NCBI GenBank assembly: GCA_026770705.1
Contig: JANJGN010000926.1
Span: forward strand, 186,001-234,696
Direction of reading: 5' to 3'
Length of the DNA: 48,696 bases
Origin: Isurus oxyrinchus
Lineage: Eukaryota
The position numbers and the translations under genes are program-made. Below are positions 34,491 through 46,814 of the stretch, piece by piece. Positions within the stretch are counted from its first letter, which is position 1; the number at the start of each line of letters is the position of its first letter. The notes under the pieces are model-generated. The model was not told where the DNA came from. It worked only from the letters and a program-made list of their open reading frames with translations, and made no database searches.

Positions 34491-34714
34491 GTAAACTTGT
34501 TGTGATACTGTAACTGCCTCTTTGGTTTCATTCAGCTGAATCTTCAGCTCTTCAGTCTCTTCCTTGTATCTCTTGCCTTCCTCCTGGAACATTGGACATG
34601 GTTGGGTCTTCCCTGCCAACTGTTTCTTCAGTTTGCTCAGAGCGGCACAGAATTCGCTTTCTTTCTCTTCAGGATTTTCCAGTGGAACCAACTCTGACCT
34701 GAGGGACACTTGCA

Positions 34715-35857
34715 GCCTGTGAGGATGCTTCAATTCTTCAAACTCATTCCGAGATACACTCTCATATTCCCCCAGCAACTCAGCAACTCCTCCAGTGAAA
34801 CATTTCAGAGCAGCTGAGCTTGGTTTTCTGGAACCAGTCTCGGCCCAGAAGACTAGGGCCCTCACCTGTCGCTATGATCACTGGAAGCTGGGCTGTCTGC
34901 TGCCTGTAGGACACAGGTACTGGGACCAGGTCCTTTCCCTGTATGGATTCTCCAGTGTGTGTCTTCAGCTGATCCATTGTTGGCTCTAAATTCAGCGTCT
35001 GGGTTCCTTCATTTAGCTGTTTAAATGTGGGCTCTTCCACCACTGTGTCTGAGGCTCCCGTATCTGCCCCATTACTAGTGGCTGCCCATTCACTTGGGTT
35101 GTGATGGTTATAGGTTCAGTTTTTACCACTGTGACATTGGACAGGGAATAGACATCGGTATCAGCAGCTTCAGGCTCTGTGATATTATTCACTTCCATCA
35201 TGTTGGTGCACTGTCTGATGGGCTGTCTCGATTTCACCCTGCATTGCTTTATTACCCGCCCCTTTCTTGTGGCAGTGATGGCATTCTGCCCCCTTGAACC
35301 TGCAGGTGTCCGGTACGAGCTCACCCCCCCCACATCGAGAACAGACCAACTTCGGAGTTGCTGCTGAAATACTCCCACAAAGCCTTTTAGTTTCTGGAGC
35401 GGCAGAGACTGTCTCTCGCTTGGCGGCTGTCTCTCTCTCTCTCTCTCTCACTCCAGTTTGAGCCTCACGCCCGGTGGTTGGTTCCTGTCCCAGCTGAGGA
35501 CTGGTGCCATGTTGTACATCCTGTAAATCCCGCCAGTCTCTCCCAGCACTTTCCATGCCTGGCGCTATTTCCATAGTGCGCTTCAAATCGATGTCGGCTT
35601 CTGCGAGTAAACGGCTCTGAATGGCGTTGGGGTGAACGACACAAACCAATCGGCCCCGCAACATGTCATTGAGTGTGTCTCCGAGGTCCCAGTGCTCAGT
35701 CACCTGCTTCCACTTCACTGTATAGGTTGCGATGGACTCTCCCTGGGCCCTTACTCTGGAGTTAAACTTAAACCTCTGCATTATTACCCACGGCTTCAGC
35801 TGAAAACACATCTTCATGAGGTCGACTAATTGGTGAAAAGATTTAGAATTGGGTGCA
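34715..35857 (-). mobile_element. Gypsy gag-protease fragment, same family as 17663-21005
   Basis: VIMQRFKFNSRVRAQGES...MLRGRLVC; CSRCGG...CRFKGAECHHCHKKG; EPEAADTDVYSL; GEGPSLLGRDW. Confidence 0.85.
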
Positions 35858-37010
35858 ATACACGTCACTGTCTTCAGCTCTGAGACTATCAGTCCTCACC
35901 AAACAATTCTTCCCTTCCAAGTCGCCGATTATTTTAGCACGTCCCACGAATGTGGCCACCCCATAATTGGGATCTTTGGTGTATGTGATGGTATATTTCC
36001 ATCTATACCAATATTTATACCAAGCTCCGTGCAGTGCTGTGTAAGAGTGGGAAGGAAAGTCAAAGCTACACGGAATAACCACACAAGAGCTGCTGATGGC
36101 CCTCCGAGGCAGCGCCTTCATAGACCATCCCTCTGACGTCACTCCTGAAAGGCAACAAGGGAGGGGACTGGACATCAAAAAGCAGAATATTACTTCAATG
36201 GAGAGAGTCTACAGAATGCGGTACAGAGGGATCTGGGTGTCCTTGTACATGAATCACAGAAAGTCAGCATTCAGGAACACCACGGAATGAGGAAGGCAAG
36301 TGGAATGTTGGACTTTATTGCAAAGGGATGGAGTATAAAAGGATGGGAGTCTTGCTACAACTGTACAGGGCGTTGGTGAGATTGTATCAGGAGCAGTGTG
36401 TACAGTTCTGGTCTCCTTACTTAGGGAGGGATAGACTCTGCATTGGACGCAGTTCAGAGGAGGTTCACTGGGCTGATTCCTGGGATGAAGGGGGTTTGTC
36501 CTGTGAGGAAATGTTGAGCAGGTTGGGCCCTGTATCCATTGGAGTTTAGAAGAATGAGAGGTGATCTTATTGAAACATATAAGATTCTGAGGTGGTGGGG
36601 GGTTTGACAGGGTGGATGCTGAGGGGATGTTACCCCTTGTGGGGGAATCCTGTGAAGCAATAAGGATGTTTTACTGCATTAAAGGTGCTATATAAATGCA
36701 CTGTCATTCCTATTGAAACAAGCTCTCTGATGCACAAACAGAAAATGCTGGAAAAACTCAGCAGGTCTGACAGCATCTGTGGAGAGAGAAACAGAGTTGG
36801 TGTTTCGAGTCCGTATGAGGCTTTTGCTTTTGCTATATTCTCTGACTCGCTAATCACTCACTCTCTGTGTGATCACTAACCCTGTTCTCTAAAATTAAAT
36901 GTTCACTTCCTCACTCCAGGAAAGAATCCAATTCCCTGAGTTCCGATCAGTAATGAATTTGTACCTTGCAGCAAGCTGATGAAGATCAATATCAGACCGA
37001 CCTCTCCCAT
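35858..37010 (-). pseudogene. MAG/Siglec-like gene copy D: signal exon 36965-37010, truncated V-set exon 35858-36144
   Basis: MGEVGLILIFISLLQ|GVTSEGWSMKALPRRAISSSCVVIPCSFDFPSHSYTALHGAWY...FVGRAKIIGDLEGKNCLVRTDSLRAEDSDVY, then an abrupt switch to gag. Resembles the MAG V-set pattern (CVSIPCRFDFP..VHGVWY..FQGR..LGDL..NC). Confidence 0.8.
36170..36645 (+). mobile_element. CR1-type LINE fragment in the copy D intron
   Basis: MEYKRMGVLLQLYRALVR...CVQFWSPYL; agaatgagaggtgatcttattgaaacatataag. Confidence 0.85.
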
Positions 37011-37279
37011 CTTCAGTTCCTCATCTAAATGGAAAATGATAAAGACAGAGACTTTTTCATAAATTGTCCCCAGTGTTTCTTCCTCAAACAACAACAACTT
37101 GTGTTTAAATGGCACCTTTCAGGGAATTAAACAGCCCCAGGGAATTATCTAATGTCAAGACAAAGAAGGAGAGATTGAGAAGGGACATCGCAAACCGATT
37201 CACCAAACACGGCAAAAATTCATTGTTCCCTCACTCCCTGTGCTGGGTGTCCAGCTTTTTCTCTCAGTGAGTTTAGTCC

Positions 37280-39660
37280 TCACAATCTCTATCTATCGCA
37301 CTCTTCTGCTCTATCTCTCTCTCTCACACACACACATTCTCTCTCTAACACTCACAATCTCTATCTATCACACTAATCTGCTCTCTCTCTCTCTCTCACA
37401 CACACAATCTCTCTCTAACACTCACAATCTCTCTCTATCACACTCTTCTGCTCTATCTCTCTCTCACACACACACCTTCTCTCTAACACTCACAATCTCT
37501 CTCTATCACACTCTTCTGCTCTATCTCTCTCTCTCACACGCACACATTCTCTCTCTAGCACTCACAATCTCTCTCTATCGCACTCTTCTGCTCTATCTCT
37601 CTCTCACACACACACCTTCTCTCTAACACTCACAATCTCTCTCTATCACACTCTTCTGCTCTATCTCTCTCTCTCTCACACACATTCTCTCTCTAACACT
37701 CACAATCTCTCTCTATCACACTCCTCTGCTCTATCTCTCTCTCACACACACACACACACATTCTCTCTCTAACAAGCACAATCTCTCTCTATCACACTCT
37801 TCTGCTCTATCTCTCTCTCACACACACACATTCTCTCTCTAACAAGCACAATCTCTCTCTATCGCTCTCTTCTGCTCTCTCTCTCTCTCACAAACACACA
37901 CATTCTCTCTCTAACACTCACAATCTCTCTCTATCGCACTTTTCTGCTCTCTCTCTCTCACACACACATTCTCTCTCTAACCCTCACAATCTCTCTCTAT
38001 CACACTCTTCTGCTCTATCTCTCTCTCACACACACACCTTCTCTCTCTAACACTCACAATCTCTCTCTATCACACTCTTCTGCTCTCTCTCTCTCAAACA
38101 CACACATCCTCTCTCTAACACTCACAATCTCTCTCTATCACACTCTTCTGCTCTGTCTCTCTCTCTCACACACACACATTCTCTCTCAAACAAACACAAT
38201 CTCTCTCTATCGCTCTCTTCTGCTCTCTCTCTCTCTCACACACACACATTCTCTCTCTAACACTCACAATCTCTCTCTATCACACTCCTCTGCTCTATCT
38301 CTCTCTCTCTCACACACACACATTCTCTCTCTCTCACAAACACAATCTCTCTCTATCACACTCTTCTGCTCTATCTCTCTCTCTCACAAACACAATCTCT
38401 CTCTATCGCACTCTTCTGCTCTATCTCTCTCTCTCACAGACACACATTCTCTCTCTAACACTCACAATCTCTCTCTATCGCACTCTTCTGCTCTATCTCT
38501 CTCTCTATCGCACACACATTCTCTCTCTAACACTCACAATCTCTCTCTATCACACTCCTCTGCTCTATCTCTCTCTCACACACACACACTTTCTCTCTCT
38601 AACACTCACAATCTCTCTCTATCGCTCTCTTCTGCTCTCTCTCTCTCTCTCTCACACACACATTCTCTCTCTAACACTCACAATCTCTCTCTATCGCACT
38701 CTTCTGCTCTCTCTCTCTCTCTCTCACACACACGTTCTCTCTCTAACACTCAGTCTCTCTCTATCACTCTCTTCTGCTCTATCTCTCTCTCTCTCACACA
38801 CACATTCTCTCTCTAACATTCACAGTCTCTCTCTATCACACTCTTCTGCTCTCTCTCTCTCTCTCACACACACACATTCTCTCTCTAACACTCACAATCT
38901 CTCTCTATCGCACTCTTCTGCTCTCTCTCTCTCTCTCACACACACACATTCTCTCTCTAACACTCACAATCTCTCTCTATCGCACTCTTCTGCTCTCTCT
39001 TTCTCACATGCACACACCTTCTCTCAAACTCACAATCTCTCTCCGTTGCACTCTTCTGCTCTCTCTCTCTCTCTTTCACACACACATATTGTCTCTCTAA
39101 CACTCACAATCTCTCTCTATCGCACTCTTCTGCTCTATCTCTCTCACACACACACACACATTCTCTCTCCAACACTCACAATCTCTCTCTATCGCACTCT
39201 TCTGCTCTCTCTCTCTCACACACACACATTCTCTCTCTAACACTCACAATCTCTCTCTATCACACTCCTCTGCTCTATCTCTCTCTCACACACACACACT
39301 TTCTCTCTCTAACACTCACAATCTCTCTCTATCACACTCTTCTGCTCTCTCTCTCTCTCTCACACACACACATTCTCTCTCTAACACTCACAATCTCTCT
39401 CTATCACACTCCTCTGCTCTCTCTCTCTCTCTCACACACACACATTCTCTCTCTAACACTCACAATCTCTCTCTTTCACACTCCTCTGCTCTCTCTCTCT
39501 CTCTATCACACATGCATTCTCTCTCTAACACTCACAATCTCTCTCTATCACACTCCTCTGCTCTATCTCTCTCTCACACACACACACTTTCTCTCTCTAA
39601 CACTCACAATCTCTCTCTATCGCACTCTTCTGCTCTATCTCTCTCTCTCTCATACACACA
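37280..39660. repeat. ~62-68-bp compound CT/CA minisatellite
   Basis: About 35 units of ctctctctaacactcacaatctctctctatcacactcttctgctctatctctctctcacacacacacatt. Confidence 0.92.
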
Positions 39661-40669
39661 TTCTCTCTGTCTCCCTCCCTCAAATACATTGTCTCTCTCT
39701 CTCTCAGACACAAACACTCTCTCACACACTCACACACTTTCCCTAAAACTAACACAATCTCCCTTTCTGTCAAGCACACACTCTCTCTCACACACACACA
39801 CACACTCTCTCAGACACACACATTCTCTCTCTCTCAAACATTTAACATTTCTCTTCATCTCGATCTTCTGCTGTCTCCCTCTTTCTCTCCCTCGCACACA
39901 CACACACTCTCTGTCACAAACACACGCTCTCTCCCACACACTCTCTCTCGCACACTCTCACATGCACACTCTCTCCCTCATATACAAACACTCTCCCTCA
40001 CACATGCACACACTCTCTCTATCTCTTTTTCTCTCTCACACAGTCTCTCTGTCTCTCTCTGTCTCTCAGACACTCTCTCTCTCTCTGATACAGAATGTTT
40101 TAAGACCTGCTCATGATTTCAGCTCAAAACCCAGGTAGATTCTCCCCAGTGAGGGAGTGGTGAGGGAGTGCTGCACTGTCAGAGGATCAGTACTGAGGGC
40201 GTGCTGCACTGTCAGAGGGTAAGTACTGAGGGAGTGCTGCACTGTCGGAGGATCAGTACTGAACACAATGTCCATTCAGAACAGCTCGGTCCCCGATCAG
40301 AGAAACAGCCTCAGACAGAACCAACTGACGCTGGAATCCATACAATTCATCAACGTGTTGGGAGTTAGTTTGATGTCGGAGATGGAGTGTTACTGGGAAG
40401 GAGGGAACCCATCAGGATGAACAGCTCAATGTACGACAAGGAAAGGATGAGCTAAGAGGGGTTGGCCACGGACAGACGGAGCGTGTGAAGACTCAACAAG
40501 CTAATGGCAGGTGAAGAGCTGGAAAGGTGTCTTTTCAACACAAGGTTTAGACACACAACTCGATGTTTGATCGGGTATTTCAAACCAGAGAAACTCTTTA
40601 CAGGGTGAATGGACCTTGTCAATAATCCATCCAGCTAACCTCGCCTGGAGATTAGTCCAATATTCGACA

Positions 40670-40930
40670 CTAAACCGAGACCCCCGTCTGCCCTCTCGGG
40701 CGGGTGTGAAAGATCCCACAGCCACTATTTGGAGGAAGAGCAGGGGGGAGATCTCCCCGGTGTCCTGGCACCAATATTTATCCCTCAACCAACATCACCA
40801 AAAACAGATGCTCACATTGCTGTTTGTGGGAGCTTGCTGTGCGCTAATTGGCTGCTGCGTTTCCTACATTACAACAGTAACCACACTTCGAAAAAAGGGT
40901 GAAATCAACTGTAAAGTGTTCTGGGACATC
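40670..40930 (+). mobile_element. Deu-domain SINE (SacSINE1-like) 3' part
   Basis: aaaccgagaccccgtctgccctctc...ggagcttgctgtgcgctaattggctgctgcgtttcctacattacaacagt. Confidence 0.8.
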
Positions 40931-40985
40931 CAGAGACCATGCTGTACAGAAGAGATTTGACAGGAGCAGCAAGTGTTTTACTTAC

Positions 40986-41235
40986 AGGAGAATGAGTCCC
41001 CAGGGTTGTAGAGTCAATCCTGTCAGATGAATGTCTAACTGGAGACACTTCAGGGAGCTGATCTAATTCTGGAAATGTTCAGTTTACCAGGATCGGAGGA
41101 GAGATGATCTTCCTCTCCTGACTGCATCGGACACGAGGTGAACTGGCTCTGGGAGGAGGGTCAGTGTTAACCCAGTTTTTCTGTGTTTGAGGGAGATGTG
41201 AAACTGGGGAAGTCACGTGGTTTTTTGGTGTGGTC
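40986..41235 (-). promoter_or_regulatory. Candidate non-coding first exon and promoter of copy D
   Basis: Donor CT|gtaagt at 40986; AAACTGGGGAAGT (PU.1-type) 41201-41213, CACGTG 41214-41219, TGTGGT nearby; same motif orientation as in copies A and B. Confidence 0.45.
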
Positions 41236-41397
41236 ACTCCATGTCTTTATTTGGTGCAGCACTCATTTAGTTCATGTCGTTGTTTCAATGCTACAAAGCC
41301 ACAACGCATTCTGGACTATTTCTGCCTGACCTGCTGTCAGATACACACAGTCTGACAGAGAGGCGGAAAAGTGGTCCCTAGCAACGTGTGAAACTGT

Positions 41398-41645
41398 NNN
41401 NNNNNNNNNNNNNNNNNNNNNNNNNNNNNNNNNNNNNNNNNNNNNNNNNNNNNNNNNNNNNNNNNNNNNNNNNNNNNNNNNNNNNNNNNNNNNNNNNNNN
41501 NNNNNNNNNNNNNNNNNNNNNNNNNNNNNNNNNNNNNNNNNNNNNNNNNNNNNNNNNNNNNNNNNNNNNNNNNNNNNNNNNNNNNNNNNNNNNNNNNNNN
41601 NNNNNNNNNNNNNNNNNNNNNNNNNNNNNNNNNNNNNNNNNNNNN
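41398..41645. other. Assembly gap (N run)
   Basis: Run of Ns. Confidence 1.
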
Positions 41646-42139
41646 ACATAAACGTTCTCTCTCACTCCCTCTCTCAAATGCACAATCTCCCTCTCTCTCA
41701 AACACGCACACCACCTCTCTCTCGCACACTCCCTTTCTCAAACACACACACCCTCTCTCTCACACACACACACACATACACACATTTTCACTCGTTCACT
41801 CTCTTAAACACACCCACACTCCCTATCTCAAACACACACTCTCTCACATACACAAACTCTCTCACACACACACTCTCTCTTTCGCACACACACTATCTCA
41901 CACACACATTCTCTCTCTACCTTTCTCTCTCACACATAAACTCTCTCTCACTCTCACACAGACATTCTCTTTCTCTCACACACACACTCTCTCTCTCAAA
42001 CATACACACTCTCACTGTCTCACACTCACATTGTCTCTCTCTCTCACACACTCACTCTTTCTTTCTGTCTCCGAGACGGAAGTTTGGGGTTTTGAGGCCA
42101 TCTCAAGGTTTCAGCTCAAAACGCAGATGGACACTCACC

Positions 42140-42570
42140 AGTGAGGGAGTGCTGAGGGAGTGCTGCACTGTTGGAGGGTCTGCACTGAGGGAGTGCTGCA
42201 CTCCCATATAGTCAGTATTGAGGGAGTGCTGCAATCCCAGAGGGTTCGTACTGAGGGAGTGCTGCACTGTCAGAGGGTTAGTACTGAGGGAGTGCTGCAC
42301 TGTTGGAGGGTCAGTATTGAGGGTGTGCTGCACTGTCAGAGGCTCAGTGCTGAGTGAGTGCTGCACTGTCAGAGGGTCAGTACTGAGGGAGTGCTGCACT
42401 GTCAGAGGGTCAGTACTGAGGGAGTGCTGCACTGTCAGAGGGTCAGTACTGAGGGAGTGCTGCACTGTCAGAGGGTCAGTACTGAGGGAGTGCTGCACTG
42501 TCAGAGGCTCAGTGCTGAGTGAGTGCTGCACTGTCAGAGGATGAGCGCTAAGGAATGCTGCTCTGTCAGA
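42140..42570. repeat. 33-bp minisatellite array
   Basis: About 12 units, several perfect; a short array of the same unit lies at 40160-40262. Confidence 0.92.
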
Positions 42571-42759
42571 CCTGCCATATTTCAGATGATGTTTGAAATT
42601 AGCAACATGCCTCATGTATAATTATATATCATCAGCTCAAAATAAATAGATTATTCCTGTACGTTTCACTTTACTGTAAATTGTTTGCAGTTTCATTTCC
42701 TTAGAAACCAGGCTTGTGTGATCACCACTTTTAAATAACGTTAATAATAAAGATTCGAC

Positions 42760-43801
42760 AATACACACACACAGAGGTACACACACACACACGCACAGAC
42801 ACAGACACACAAACACACACACACACACATGTTCACACAGACACACACATACTCACACGCGTTCACACATGTTCACACAGACACACACACACTCACACAA
42901 GTTCACACAGACACACGCAGACACATACACACAGACACATAGACACACGCAGACACACAAAAACACTCACACATGTTCACACTGACACACGCTTCCACAG
43001 GCAGACACACCCACACACTGACACAGAAAGACAGACATACACACACACACTCACATAAATTCGCACAGACAGGCACAGAGACAGACAGACACACACACAC
43101 ACACATAGGCAGACACACACACACACATGCCCAGACACACGACAGAATTAAAAAGTTAGAGTCCAATATAAATTTAAAAGAATATATGATTAATACCTTT
43201 GCTTGTCTTTGAGAAATAAATTGTTGAAGGTTGCAGCTGTTCAAGGTTAATTGGTTTCCTGTGGCATCCTGGTGGTGATTTGATTCAGATTTGCACTTTG
43301 TTAAAGACGCTCTGTTAGCTTCAGAAAGAGAGAGAGAGAATTTCTGCTCTTTTCCAGCAATGTGTTTGGGTGACTGCCATCTTTCTTTTTCCTCGTACTT
43401 TCTCTTATATCTGCTTGACGGAACCTATTGTTAAACTCCTGTCTGTATATTCCCAAAAGGGAATTCGATCAGCATGTCTTGCATTCATTTTTACAGACCA
43501 AGTAATCCCATTTTTTGATGTTTGCATCTCTGAAACATTTGATGCATTTCAAGATACAAATCAACAGGAGATGGAGGCATTTCATCCTCCACAAGGGGTG
43601 TTGAATGTTTGATGAATATCTGCATGGTGAGCAGATCCCATTACCTTGATAGACCTACAGTGATCAGAGTCCAGCGCTTTGCATTTTTAAGAGAGCCCCT
43701 GTTTCAAGCGGACACTGACACACCTCAGTGAGAACTTTCATGCAACATGTCTGAAGTGCAATTCATTTGAAGCTTTGTGTGTGTGTGTGTGTGAGGGTGG
43801 A

Positions 43802-43835
<34 letters not shown>

Positions 43836-44127
43836 GTTTGTGTGTGTGTTTATGTGTGAATGTTGTTACAACTGGTTGACGGGGAGTGAACTGGCTCCCT
43901 TTCTATTCAAACCCCCTGGTTGGTCACAAAAAAGGGTTTAAAATATATTTTCCCCCAAATGCAATTTCCAAAACAATTAAACCACGTTTGGTTGAGTCAA
44001 AGAAAGAGTAATTTTACTAGTTACCTAACTGGAGAAAAAGTAATAAAACTGTGACAAAACACACACAAACGTACACACGCTCACACACACAGGCACACAC
44101 ACACACCCATACACACACTCACACACC

Positions 44128-44160
<33 letters not shown>

Positions 44161-45170
44161 TCATGCACACTGGCACACATGCATACACAATCAAACGCAC
44201 ACACGCACACACACACTCACACACACACACACACACACAGACAGGTACACAGACACGCATAGTCATACACAAATGCACACACACAGAGACACACAGACAG
44301 GCTCACACACACACAGACAAACGCATGCACACACACACAAGCTCACACAGACAAGTACAAAGACACACTACGCATACACACAGACAGGCACAGACACACA
44401 CACACACGCTCACACAGGAAGGCACACATACACACACACATACACAAACACACACACACTCACAAACACACACAGATATCAGAGGTCATATAATTATAGA
44501 GTGCAATAAAAATTTAAAAGAGGATATGATTAAATTGTTTGCTTGTCTTTGAGGTGTAGGTTGTGAATGTTGAAGCTGTTTTAAATTAGTTGGTTAGCTC
44601 TATAATCCTGTAGTTCATCTAGCTCAGACTTGGACGTGTTTGAAGACATTCTGTTAGCTTCAGACAGAGAGAGAGAGAAAGCGAAAGAGGGACAGAGAGA
44701 GAGAGAGAGAGAAAGAAAAATCATTTCTGTTCTTTTCTAGCAGGGTTTTTAGATGACTGCCATATTTCTTTTTCCCCTCCTTTTTCTTATAACTGCTTGG
44801 CAGAACCATTTGTTAAACTTCTGTCTGTATATTCCTGAGAGGGAATTCGATCAACATGTTTTACATTCATTGTTATAGTCCAAGTATTCCCATTTTTTAT
44901 CTTTGCATCTCCAAAACATTTGATGCATTTCAAGATATAAATCAACAAGAGACGGGGGTATTGCATCCTCCACAGGGGGTTTTGAATGGCTGATGATTAT
45001 CCGCTTGGTGAGCAGTTCCCACTGTTTTGATAGAACTACAGCTGATCAAAGTCCAGCACTTTGCATTTTAATGCCTTCCTTTTAAGAGTGTTCCTGTTTG
45101 AAGTGGACCCTGACACAAGCCAGGCATGAACTTCCATGCAACAGGTCTGCAGTGCAATTCATTTGAACCT
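42760..45170. repeat. Diverged direct duplication (CA microsatellite plus ~600-bp unit) at 42760-43772 and 44055-45170; possibly LTR-like
   Basis: Both copies run aatttaaaag..atatgattaa...ctgttagcttcaga(GA)n...gggaattcgatca...catttgatgcatttcaagata...gtgcaattcatttgaa. Confidence 0.8.
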
Positions 45171-45445
45171 TTCCAGAGAAGTGATCAACTTCACAGTATC
45201 AGCAATCAGATGACTTGTGTCAGCCATTTTTCATCTGAGTACAATCTTGTATTTCTTTGAAAAAAAGGTCACTTTCAGACAGTTCAATATATCTTTGGTC
45301 TGTTAGTTAAGTTGTAGGAAGCTCTTAATCGCAGTTTGCTGTTGTTGGGATAATGTCTTTGTGTGTGTGTTTGTGCATGTGTGTGTGAGTGTGTGAGTGA
45401 ATGTGTGTATGTGAGAATGTGAGTGTGTTTGTGTCTGTCTGTAAG

Positions 45446-45673
45446 NNNNNNNNNNNNNNNNNNNNNNNNNNNNNNNNNNNNNNNNNNNNNNNNNNNNNNN
45501 NNNNNNNNNNNNNNNNNNNNNNNNNNNNNNNNNNNNNNNNNNNNNNNNNNNNNNNNNNNNNNNNNNNNNNNNNNNNNNNNNNNNNNNNNNNNNNNNNNNN
45601 NNNNNNNNNNNNNNNNNNNNNNNNNNNNNNNNNNNNNNNNNNNNNNNNNNNNNNNNNNNNNNNNNNNNNNNNN
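45446..45673. other. Assembly gap (N run)
   Basis: Run of Ns. Confidence 1.
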
Positions 45674-46139
45674 AGTGAAACCTCCCTGAGTGTCGCCGGT
45701 GTGTTTAACATTTAAGCCACACAGACAGGATGTGGTTAAAAGGTGAAACCACAAGGAGTGAGTGACTTTCTCAGTGACTGTCTCTCTGTGGGTTTCCTGT
45801 GGGTTTCTGTGAACTGCCTGTGGTTTTAAAAAGAATCTTCCAACCCCACATGCACGGCATCAAATAAGGAATTGGAAGCTGCTGCTCAGAGAGTAACTAG
45901 TCCCCCGAGAATTCACAGCCCCTCAAACACAGATTAACAGCATTAATCCTGACCGTCAGCCCACTCACTCATTGCCTCTTGTCTCAGACACTAGAAAGTG
46001 GAAGTTAAGGCCGGATTTTCACTCCCGGGTCGGGGGTCACAGAGACGGCAGAATTCACGGCTCCACCAACTCCACCTCTAAACATGTCAGTCCCAGATTC
46101 CGATGTGTGGTCCAGGGGTCGGGGGCTGTGGGTGGGTCG

Positions 46140-46728
46140 GTCATGGTGGTGGGGGTGGGGGTGAGGGTGGGGGTGGGGGGGGGTGGTGGTGTTGGGGGTG
46201 GTGGTGGTGGTGGTGTTGGGGGTGTTGGGGGTGGTGGTGTTGGGGGTGGTGGGGGGTGGTGGTGTTGGGGGTGGGGGGGGGTGGAGGTGTTGGGGGTGTT
46301 GGGGGTGGGGTGGATGGTGGTAGGGGTGGGGGTGTGGTTGTTGGTGGGGGTGGGATGGGGTTCGGGGTGGGTGTGGAGGTGGTGGGGGTGGTGGGGGGGT
46401 GATGGGGGTGTGGTTGGGGAAGGGGGTGGGTTGGGGGAGGGTGTGGTGGTGGTGGGGGTGGGGGAGGGGGTGGTGGTGTGGGGGTGGGGGAGGGGGTGAT
46501 GGTGGTGTTGGGGGTGGAGGTGGGGTTGGTGGGGGTGGGGATGGAGGTGGGGTTCGGGGAGGTGGGGTTGGTGGGGGTGGGGATGGTGTTGGGTGTGGGG
46601 GAGGGTGTGGTGGTGGGGGTGGGGGAGGTAGGGGTGGTGAGGGTGGGGGAGGGTGTGGGGGTGGGGGTGGGGATGAGGGTGGGGAGGGGGTGGGGGAGGG
46701 GGGGTGGAGGTAGGGGTGGTGGGGGTGC
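46140..46728. repeat. G/T-rich simple repeat (GGGGT/GGT)n
   Basis: Nearly continuous G runs. Confidence 0.95.
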
Positions 46729-46814
46729 AGGTCAGGTCCCTCGGGCACCGATAAAAAGCGGGGCCTTCAGAAAGGCCCATTTGAGAGGTGGGTGGTCAAT
46801 GGTGAAGACCCTGT

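Noticed and set aside
35858-37010. Assigning gene symbols MAG, CD22 or SIGLEC15 to any copy
   Set aside because: Similarity is at family level only; orthology cannot be established without a phylogeny.
37240-40138. Leu/Ser/His/Thr-rich ORFs
   Set aside because: Translations of CT/CA repeats.
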